DNA from: an uncultured Nitrososphaerota archaeon
GTDB taxonomy: Archaea; Korarchaeota; Korarchaeia; Korarchaeales; Korarchaeaceae
Length of the DNA stretch: 16,578 bases
Direction of reading: 5' to 3'
Assembly: GCA_964618805.1 (NCBI GenBank)
Contig: CAZUBM010000032.1
Coordinates: 1 to 16,578, forward strand
Of this stretch, positions 1 through 7,301 are shown piece after piece (position 1 is the first letter of the stretch; each line of letters starts with the position of its first letter). The notes beneath the pieces are model-generated. The model did not search any database. It was not told where the DNA came from and saw only the letters and a program-made list of their open reading frames with translations. The position numbers were made by a program, and so were the translations under genes.

Positions 1-398
1 CAGGAGTGATGAAAAAGGTAAAGAAGCTAGAAGATGCGGGCATAATCACAGGATACACGGCTCTAGTTGATCATTCTAAGCTGGGAAAGCCTTACAAGTA
101 CATGGTTTTCTTAAAAGGAGAGTCAGGAAAAACTGCAGCAATATCAAGAAAACTTAAGGAAGCTTTAGGAAGCAGCGTGCTGGAGATTCATAGGATTACA
201 GGCATCTATGATATCGTTATCAAGCTTATAGCAGGAGAAGGCGAGGAATTAACCAAGTTACTCGCTAAAATACAATCAGTTCCAGGTGTAAAGGAAACAA
301 ACACTTCTCTGATATTAGAAACTATAGAAGAGAGGGCTTCTGTAGTTCCAGAGGATATAAGATTACCTATTCCTCTAAAGGAACTCGGAAAGGTGTAG
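1..398 (+). CDS. Lrp/AsnC family transcriptional regulator (5' end probably outside the window)
   Basis: KVKKLEDAGIITGYTALVD is the end of the Lrp HTH plus linker; IHRITGIYDIVIK and IQSVPGVKETNTSLIL match the RAM domain. The frame is open to the window edge and the first HTH helices are missing. Confidence 0.93.
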   Translation, partial: GVMKKVKKLEDAGIITGYTALVDHSKLGKPYKYMVFLKGESGKTAAISRKLKEALGSSVLEIHRITGIYDIVIKLIAGEGEELTKLLAKIQSVPGVKETNTSLILETIEERASVVPEDIRLPIPLKELGKV

Positions 399-852
399 GC
401 ATCTGATAATAGCAAGAGTCATTCTCTTGTAACGTTTCAAAAGCTACAAAGTTAGCAAAATAGATCCTTACACAAGAGCTCATTAAGCAGCTGTATTAGA
501 AGATTTTGGTTAATCTGAGGGCAGCCAAGGCTCTAGCTAATTTTTCCATGCGCAATTTATTTACACGTCTCACAGTATCTATCCACTTTTCTGGCAAGAT
601 TGGAGGTAACCTAGCAACGACGAAATCGAGGATATATGTAGATTTCAAGGGTGAGGAGGCAAATATCGGCTCAGTTTGGTTTTCAACACTCCTCTTTAAT
701 ATGATATGGCTCGAAGATGAAACCTACGAGATATCAACCGTAGAATATAGGCCCTGCGTTAAATGCATAGGTAAAACCTTTGAAACAGCTTGGAGACACC
801 CATAAAAATGGAAGAATGTGTAGTTGCAGTCTTCACTTCATTAGGTTAATCT

Positions 853-1265
853 CTACTTAGTTATCTCTCCTCTCCTAGCTCTAGTGTAATTTTCTAACCC
901 CAATGTCTTAATTTGCTCAATAAGCTCTCTTCGGTGTGCAGCTTGCTCTACAGATACTATATTACAAGGATAATCATCGCAGTCGAAGCATCCTCTAACT
1001 CCTTTTGCCTGAGCACACTTCCTAATAGGACAATCAGGCCATCCAGCTCCAGCAAGGCATCCAAGACAACCGCTTGACGATGCTATCCACTCAAGTCCCA
1101 AGATAAATTGATCTACATTTAAAGGAGCCTTAAGACTTTTCCAAACAGTTTTGATCTATTCGTTCTTCTCTATCTCGCCAAGAAGGTCCTTTGCCCTGCT
1201 ATAAAAGACATTTTATAGTAATCACATTCACGGCAATATATTCCACAGAACCCTACTAGATTCAT
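853..1265 (-). pseudogene. DUF3795-family Cys-rich protein, disrupted
   Basis: ATG at 1265 gives MNLVGFCGIYCRECDYYK. A 1-nt frameshift near the T run 1211-1214 is followed by SRAKDLLGEIEKNE*IKTVW (TAG 1156-1158), in frame with ORF 853..1101 (CLGC...CPIRKCAQAKGVRGCFDCDDYPC). Confidence 0.85.
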
Positions 1266-1328
1266 TTCAAATTTGTATGAAATTTCGTCTTGACTCATAA
1301 CAGTTCTATGATTTTACATTATAATAAA

Positions 1329-3224
1329 CTACATCTTTTCCAGCCTAGGAATCCCTAAAACATCCATAGCATTGCCCAATGCGATTGAAATCGCCTTTAC
1401 CAGAGCAACCCTAGCCTCTCTAATTCCCTTAGGAGCAGCAATCACTGGACACCTCTCATAGAACTTATTTATCAATATGGCAAAATCGTTTGCGTATTGT
1501 GCTAGTATATCAGGACGCATCAACCAATAACAGCTTCTTATAGTCTCAGGTAGCTCAGCAATCTTATAGACAAGCTCTATCTCAATATCATCTTTCAAAA
1601 AGGAGGCATCAAACTCTTCTGCGACATTTCCTGCTCTCCTTAAAATCCCCCTCATCCTAGTGTACGCATATTGAATGAAGGGACCACTGTTCTCCTGAAG
1701 ATTCAGAACTCTTTCCCATGTGAAGATAACCTTCTTGTTAGGCACAACATTTATCAGAGCATATCTTATGGCTCCAACAGCAACCTTCTCAGCTATTTCC
1801 TCAATCTCCTTCTCCTGTACACCAGATCTCTCCTTCAAGAGATCTTTAACCCTTTTCTTTGCTTCATCCAAGAGCTCGTCAATTGTTATATATCTCCCTC
1901 TTCTTCCGCTCATTCTGATTTCTGGGAGATCCACAAACTCATAGCTGAAGTGCACCAAATTCGACGGATCGATTCCCATTAGAGCCACAGTAGCTCTAAG
2001 TTGAAGCTGAGGTAGCTTTTGGTCAACCCCTATCACGTTGTAGACTTTGTCCATCTTTAACCCTTCAAACTTGTAGAGGGAGTAACCAACATCCGTCCCT
2101 GTGTAAAGCCAAGTCCCATCGGATCTGCTAAGATAGTAGACTGGAGGCATCTTGGTCTTTATCTCTTCAAGGTCCCCTCCTAAGATTTCCCTTATGTCTT
2201 CTCTCTCCTCTGCAGCCTTAAGCAAGTTCACGCAATATGCTCCATCCTCGCTCTCAAGATACCCCGTCTTTTTCACCTTCTCCAGGGCTCTGTCAATCCA
2301 TCCTCCCCAAATAAGCTCACTTTCCCAATCGTAAGCGTCATGTCTTATTCCTAGCCTATCTAAGGTCTGCCTGAACCCCTCCATCACAGCCTCAGTGACT
2401 TCGCGAAACATGGCTTTCACGACCTCATCCTTTCCCTCTTGATACCTCCTGTTGAGTTCCGCAACTGATGCTTCTGGATCTTCATCCTTGTTTATTTCCT
2501 CTTCTAACTTGTTTATTAATTGGGGAGCCTTTTTTCTGAGTTCTTCGAGGGCTTCTTTCCACTCATCAGCCTCCTTACCTTCTCTCTTCTTGAGTTCGAT
2601 TATACAGTTGCAAGCTGCGTAAATGATACCGTACCAGTGGTCTGGCTTCCCCTCAACCTTAGCATTTGGAAGCTTTGACCTAGCATAGACAAGAAGAGAG
2701 ACTTGCCTGCCGCTATCATTAACTAAATAATGCCTTGAAACCTCAAAACCTAGTTTCTCAAGGATGTTAGCAAAGGCGTCTCCGATTACTGCATTCCTGC
2801 CGCTTCCAATGTGAAGTGGGTGAACTGGATTTGCACTTGTGTGTTCAACCATTACTTTGCCTTTTCCAATCTTTGAAGAGCCAAAATTAGTCTCAAGCTG
2901 AATTGCTGCTCTTATTACAGCCTCAGCAAAGCTCTTTTTGTTAAGCCCCAGGTTGACGAAACCTTCAACAGCTTGAGATGAAATCGCGTAGGGAATCGAT
3001 GAGATCTTAAGGGAGCTTGATAGTCGATTGGCTATCTCGCTCGGGGACTTCCTAAGGGCCTTAGCAAGTTCGAATGCTACTGGCGACCCAAGATCCCCAA
3101 GTTTCTTGTCTGGAACCCTTGAAATCGTTATCTTTGTTTTGATCGAATAGAAATCCATTATCAAGTCTGACAGGCTCTGGGCAAAGGCTTTCTTAACTTC
3201 TCCGAGGGGATCCATGGCTTTCAC
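1329..3224 (-). CDS. argS: Arginine--tRNA ligase
   Basis: VEHTSANPVHPLHIGSGRN (HIGH region), RSDGTWLY, MSGRRG (KMSKS equivalent) and GPFIQYAYTR...DALR anticodon domain; 631 aa. Start is GTG 3224 or ATG 3215. Confidence 0.98.
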   Translation of the reverse strand: MKAMDPLGEVKKAFAQSLSDLIMDFYSIKTKITISRVPDKKLGDLGSPVAFELAKALRKSPSEIANRLSSSLKISSIPYAISSQAVEGFVNLGLNKKSFAEAVIRAAIQLETNFGSSKIGKGKVMVEHTSANPVHPLHIGSGRNAVIGDAFANILEKLGFEVSRHYLVNDSGRQVSLLVYARSKLPNAKVEGKPDHWYGIIYAACNCIIELKKREGKEADEWKEALEELRKKAPQLINKLEEEINKDEDPEASVAELNRRYQEGKDEVVKAMFREVTEAVMEGFRQTLDRLGIRHDAYDWESELIWGGWIDRALEKVKKTGYLESEDGAYCVNLLKAAEEREDIREILGGDLEEIKTKMPPVYYLSRSDGTWLYTGTDVGYSLYKFEGLKMDKVYNVIGVDQKLPQLQLRATVALMGIDPSNLVHFSYEFVDLPEIRMSGRRGRYITIDELLDEAKKRVKDLLKERSGVQEKEIEEIAEKVAVGAIRYALINVVPNKKVIFTWERVLNLQENSGPFIQYAYTRMRGILRRAGNVAEEFDASFLKDDIEIELVYKIAELPETIRSCYWLMRPDILAQYANDFAILINKFYERCPVIAAPKGIREARVALVKAISIALGNAMDVLGIPRLEKM

Positions 3225-3242
3225 ATCTACTAAAATCTCCTT

Positions 3243-3302
3243 CTAATAAATCTTAAGATTCGAAGGCTTTTCACCTGTTAGGACTCTTATGCCCTCCTTC
3301 AA
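3243..3302 (-). pseudogene. Possible orphan 3' tail of a deleted gene upstream of argS
   Basis: Reads LKEGIRVLTGEKPSNLKIY* and ends just before the argS AAGGAG RBS. It resembles RVLxGExPxN C-termini of D-2-hydroxyacid dehydrogenases, but is only 19 aa. Confidence 0.25.
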
Positions 3303-3364
3303 TCCTCATCTCCTCACTTATTTCCTCCTGCCCCTTGGTTAACTTTCTTGCCTACCAATCGACC

Positions 3365-4228
3365 CCCTTCCTTAGATGATAGGTATCATGCCGAGAGCAT
3401 TGGCAAACCAGTGCCAGAGGGCTGAAGGAGCGATTCTTTTAGTCATGTGAAAGAGGTAATCTCAGAGAACTTCTAGGCTCAAAGTAGAAGTTAAATAGCA
3501 AGCTCATAATTATGAAAAAAGTCCAGAAACCCTTTGAACTCCATCTAAAATATCCTTCTATCCTATTTTGGATTAATCCATTCCAAGCCACGTTTTGAAA
3601 CATATCCGTAGCATGAAAAAGCATAAATGGAAGCAAGGATTTTAGAGGAATTCCTAGAGTTTGCGGTTCAGGCGGAGTAGTTATCAGCTTTGAAATTAGG
3701 AAATTGAGAGCGTCAATTACTGTAATTCCAATTATAGCAGTAGAGAATGCTCATATGATGTCCAAGCGTAGCGAGCATCTATTCCTAAAGCCTAGACTGG
3801 TCCAGCCCTCCTTTTTCCAAATTATATCATATGCTGTTGAAAGGAAAAACATAGGTCCACCTCCTCATCAAAGAGAGGATCCATTCAGGATCGCCTATCC
3901 TTGGAAGCACGATCGCTGCGAGTCCGGTTCCAGGAAACATCAGAACTAGTAACGGAAGAAGGTCCAGGACGCCCCTTCTGGAGTACTCCTTTTCTAACAA
4001 AGGGAATTCCAATTCTCCAAGAATCAATCTTATGAGCAAAAGAGAAAAAATAAGCACAATAAAGCTTAGAATGAGATTATTTGATGTGAGATTTCTATAT
4101 AAACGACCCTCAACTATCCTTAACCTTGAAATGTAAACTATAAGGAAAGTTATTGTTATTAAACTCAGAATGATTTCCAATTCGGTTGATTCTCTGGATC
4201 TAGAGGATCTAGATCACTGGTCATATCC
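3365..4228. repeat. Direct repeat copy A (pairs with 11584-12497)
   Basis: 3376-3458 and 3502-3948 are identical by eye to 11595-11677 and 11771-12217. 3941-4200 has about 45 mismatches in 260 nt by manual count. Confidence 0.97.
3372..4210 (-). pseudogene. CPBP (CAAX protease/Abi)-like membrane protein, copy 1, disrupted
   Basis: Joins ORFs 3827..4180 and 3439..3636. Lesions: frameshift near 3864, in-frame TGA 3751-3753, a net 50-bp deletion near 3459-3461 relative to copy 2, and loss of the copy-2 ATG. Motifs KEGWTSLGFR and KRIAPSALWHWFAN. Confidence 0.8.
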
Positions 4229-4374
4229 TTTACTTGGATTTTTTATCTTAAAAACCTCTCACATGGATTAGAACAGACTGACTATATCTATTCTCCTTGT
4301 AATGAGACACTTGATATGGGCCCAAGGGGGAAGGCCTCAGCCTTTGTTGTGCGGAGTGAACGAACTTGCACGAC

Positions 4375-4406
4375 TTAAATAATTGATATATATGTATATA
4401 CATATA
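4375..4406 (+). promoter_or_regulatory. vapBC promoter: TATA-like box plus 18-bp palindromic operator
   Basis: TTAAATAA at 4375-4382; perfect palindrome TATATGTAT-ATACATATA at 4389-4406 abutting ATG 4407. Confidence 0.7.
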
Positions 4407-4649
4407 ATGGCTAGAAACATAATGGTGTCCGACGAGGTTTATGAGGAGCTGAAGAGGCTAAAGGGACCAGAAGAGAGCTTTAGCGATGTCATCAAGAAAT
4501 TGCTAGCTTCTAGAAGAGGTAGTCTACTTGATATGGCTGGATCGGGTACCATAACCGAAGAAGGTGCGAAACTCCTTGAGAGATATAAGAAAGCAATGGC
4601 ACTAGCTGACTCCGAAAGATTGAGAAAGTTATTGGAAGGAGGGCAGTGA
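4407..4649 (+). CDS. vapB: VapB-family antitoxin (archaeal DUF217/UPF0330 type)
   Basis: MARNIMVSDEVYEELKRLKGPEESFSDVIKKLL is the typical signature. 80 aa from ATG 4407 (TTG 4383 is unlikely). Its stop overlaps the start of the PIN gene. Confidence 0.92.
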   Translation: MARNIMVSDEVYEELKRLKGPEESFSDVIKKLLASRRGSLLDMAGSGTITEEGAKLLERYKKAMALADSERLRKLLEGGQ

Positions 4650-5056
4650 TGTACCTACTTGACACCAGCTTCCTCATAGACCTAGTCAGAGGGAAACCAG
4701 GCGCTGTAGAACTTGCTAAGAGAATAGAAGAAGAGAGAGCTTATGTGGCTATCTCTGTTGTCACATTCCATGAATATCTGCTCGGGGTATACCTTTCATA
4801 TAAAGATGAAAATAAGCGAAAAGAAATGTTAGTTAGGGCTGAGTTGGAGTTGTCTCGATTTGATGTTCTGCCTTTTACTGCTGACATAGCTAGAAGAACG
4901 GCTGGAATAATGGCCTCTTTAATTAAGGAAGGAGAACCTCTTGGGCTGGGAGACGTGATAATAGCGGTCACTGCTATAGAACGTCGCCTTTCTCTAATCA
5001 CCAGGGACGTTAAACACTTCTCTAAAATCCCAGGGCTTGAAATTCAAAGCTATTAG
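4646..5056 (+). CDS. vapC: VapC PIN-domain ribonuclease toxin
   Basis: YLLDTSFLID, TFHE, GDVIIAVTA and LITRDVKHF supply the PIN acidic residues. Translationally coupled by GTGATG (start 4646 or 4649). Confidence 0.95.
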   Translation: MMYLLDTSFLIDLVRGKPGAVELAKRIEEERAYVAISVVTFHEYLLGVYLSYKDENKRKEMLVRAELELSRFDVLPFTADIARRTAGIMASLIKEGEPLGLGDVIIAVTAIERRLSLITRDVKHFSKIPGLEIQSY

Positions 5057-5143
5057 TTGGATGGTCTCCCTTAACTCATCTCTGGCTAAACACTTACTCT
5101 GTGAAGAGAGGTTTAAGTATTAAAATAAGCTAAAAGGATTGAA

Positions 5144-5393
5144 ATGAAGTATGTAGAGCTTGGGAAGTCCGAAATTAAGGTCTCAAGGATAGGGCTAGGG
5201 ACATGGCAGATAGGAAACTCCTAATGGGGAAAGGAGTTTAACAGAGAAGCAGACATAAAAGTGATAAAAACAGCTCTGAACTGTGGAATAAACTTCATAA
5301 ATACGGCAGAAGCCTATCGGGAGGTCTACCTAGAGAGATAATAGGAGAAGCTATAAGAGAAACTAGAGACGAAGTGATCATAGCTACTAAGTC
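5144..5393 (+). pseudogene. Aldo/keto reductase, N-terminal remnant
   Basis: MKYVELGKSEIKVSRIGLGTWQIGNS*WG...ALNCGINFINTAEAY, then a frameshift to EIIGEAIRETRDEVIIATK. TAA at 5222-5224; the catalytic Asp of DTA reads N; the gene is truncated after the catalytic Lys. Confidence 0.92.
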
Positions 5394-5501
5394 TCCAGCT
5401 ATCGCGCGCGCAAAATCATTCACTAATGTTCAGGGCTCCCAGGCACGCTAGCTCTCACTGATTCGAACTAAACCAGGAGGAGCTTTTAATGACAGCTTAC
5501 G

Positions 5502-5528
5502 ACTAATAAAGAAGCAATCTTTATTAGT
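5502..5528. promoter_or_regulatory. 11-bp perfect inverted repeat overlapping the putative TATA box of the 5550 gene
   Basis: ACTAATAAAGA-agcaa-TCTTTATTAGT; TTTATTA at 5520-5526 lies ~24-30 nt before ATG 5550. Confidence 0.55.
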
Positions 5529-5549
5529 TTTCCGCATTTTCTTTGCATA

Positions 5550-6203
5550 ATGGAGAGGGTAGACAGGGAGCGTGAAGTAAAGGAGAAGCTAGACAAGCTT
5601 GAGGATCTCAGGAGATCGGGACAGATCTCCGAAGAAACTTATAGAAAGATGAAATCCGAGCTGCAAGAGAGGCTTAAGAGAATTAAGGCTTTGAAGAAGG
5701 AGGAGAAGGCAAAACGAAGACGAAGGCTTCCAAAGAGAGAGGTAACAAGAAAGGAGAAAATAGGACTGAAGGTTCCTAAGAGAATGCCTTTCTTTGGAAG
5801 GAAAGGCCCGGGATTAGCTTATCTCAGTACTGGGGTGATCTTAGGGTTCCTAACGCTCCTTCTATCCTCCTACTTCAGACCAGACCTGATGTCATCGCTC
5901 ACAGGACTTATTGCTCTTCCTTTGTCAGCTGGTTTCATTGGCTGCCTGCCAGGAAGGCTTGCAGGAGGTGGAGTAAGAGAAGCTGGCTACTCTGCCTTTG
6001 GCCTTGTCCTACTGTTCTCTTTGGCTGCTTCGGCCTCGGTTTCGCTTTATCCAACAGATTGGGTTACAGCTCTCTCCTCTTCGCTTCTTAAGTCAGAGGC
6101 CGTAAACGATCCCATAAGGCTTGGATGCTCCTCATTTCTATGTCTGCTTGCTCCATCTTTTGTCGGAGCTTACTTCGCATCCAAATTGATTCCAAGGAGG
6201 TGA
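5550..6203 (+). CDS. Membrane protein with N-terminal SHOCT-like domain, basic linker and ~4 TM helices
   Basis: LDKLEDLRRSGQISEETYRKMKSEL, then a K/R-rich linker, then four hydrophobic segments. Confidence 0.8.
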   Translation: MERVDREREVKEKLDKLEDLRRSGQISEETYRKMKSELQERLKRIKALKKEEKAKRRRRLPKREVTRKEKIGLKVPKRMPFFGRKGPGLAYLSTGVILGFLTLLLSSYFRPDLMSSLTGLIALPLSAGFIGCLPGRLAGGGVREAGYSAFGLVLLFSLAASASVSLYPTDWVTALSSSLLKSEAVNDPIRLGCSSFLCLLAPSFVGAYFASKLIPRR

Positions 6204-6556
6204 GTGCCCTGAGCCTGATAGACCTGCTGATAAGAGGCGTCGTCTTAACTAGGTTATTGATGGACAAGCTGATGATGAAGGAAACGCTAGCGATTCACGT
6301 CTCCTTGGACTTTGGTCTTGCTACCCTAGGCTTAGTAGGCCTGCTCTACATCACGAACTTGAGGAAAAGGGCTGGATTCTGGCTGGGTGTCTTTGGTTTA
6401 GGGGCAACTAGCCTCGTCATGAGAAGCAAGATAGCTGGAGGGCTTCTTTCTCTCCTCTTCCTAAAGAAGTTCTGGAAAATATTCCTACTGTTGCTGGTCT
6501 CTCTGTTCTTGATATATCAGGGCCTAGGGGATCTTGCGCTGAGCGCCCTCACATAA
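6200..6556 (+). CDS. Small hypothetical polytopic membrane protein
   Basis: Almost entirely hydrophobic and coupled to the upstream gene. Start is GTG 6200 (GTGA overlap) or CTG 6209 after GGAGGTGA; ATG 6125 would overlap the upstream gene by 79 nt. Confidence 0.7.
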   Translation: MSALSLIDLLIRGVVLTRLLMDKLMMKETLAIHVSLDFGLATLGLVGLLYITNLRKRAGFWLGVFGLGATSLVMRSKIAGGLLSLLFLKKFWKIFLLLLVSLFLIYQGLGDLALSALT

Positions 6557-6591
6557 AATCTTCTCCATGTTGAGTGGGTCTCAAGCTAATA

Positions 6592-6975
6592 TTATCCAGC
6601 CCTTAGTTTTTCCTTTTCTCTCTCTAGTTCTTCCATCTCTTTCACTAATGACTTCAGTTCTGCGTCTGTTGCCTCATATTCACCTGATTTTATCAGTTCA
6701 TAGACCCTCTTTCCTATCCTTTCTGCAACCTTGTCCATTTTTGACTCTATAAGCTTTACTTCGGCCTTTGATTTTGCGGTCTCAAACACTTCCTTGATCT
6801 TCTCCACGACGCCCTCCTCTTCTCCTTTCTTTTTTGAAACAATCGTTCTAGCTTTTTTCTCTTTCTTGCCCTCCATTTCATACTTGGCTCTCAGTTCTTT
6901 GTATGTTTCCTCACTTATCCTCCCTTCTAAAAGAGCCTCCTCAAGCTTCCTCAACTTCTCCTCTCTGTCGCTCAG
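6592..6975 (-). CDS. Soluble coiled-coil protein with N-terminal SHOCT-like domain
   Basis: EEKLRKLEEALLEGRISEETYKELRAKYE plus a helical C-terminus (ERIGKRVYEL...KEMEELEREKEKL). A G-rich RBS suggests a CTG start at 6975; the ORF track uses GTG 7008. Confidence 0.8.
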   Translation of the reverse strand: MSDREEKLRKLEEALLEGRISEETYKELRAKYEMEGKKEKKARTIVSKKKGEEEGVVEKIKEVFETAKSKAEVKLIESKMDKVAERIGKRVYELIKSGEYEATDAELKSLVKEMEELEREKEKLRAG

Positions 6976-7301
6976 GATCCCATCCCCCCTCCCCTTATTT
7001 GAATGCACTTGCCTGACTTGTCCTTTATCTTTAGAAACTGATAAGTCTTACCCCCTGTGTTTCTGACGGACCTAGATTCGGGTTTATATGCCGATAAGTT
7101 TGTCTAAACCTCTGGGCCTCCGTAAGTATAAAGTTTTTATCGGGGCAGGAATGTAAGTCGGCAGAATTACATCTTTGTAATTGGAGCGTGCTTATGTTGC
7201 GGGGATACAGCAAATAAACTCCATCGGAAAAGGAGAAGTGCTAAGTTGAGATATCACCCATAAGGTTAAAAAGAAATCATGTAGCTTTCATCAAGGGTGT
7301 T

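Noticed and set aside
506-805. 99-aa plus-strand ORF
   Set aside because: TTG start without RBS and no recognisable motif. It could be another remnant but cannot be supported.
206-2334. ORFs 206..415, 1671..1982, 1720..1944 and 2152..2334
   Set aside because: Antisense shadows of the Lrp gene and argS.
3704-3949. Duplicated 81/82-aa plus-strand ORF (also 11973..12221), and 12223..12405
   Set aside because: Antisense to the CPBP-like gene; the duplicated ORF recurs only because the DNA is repeated.
5401-5480. CG dinucleotide run and TTCGAA as a possible tRNA or ncRNA
   Set aside because: No cloverleaf, acceptor stem or other stable structure could be built.
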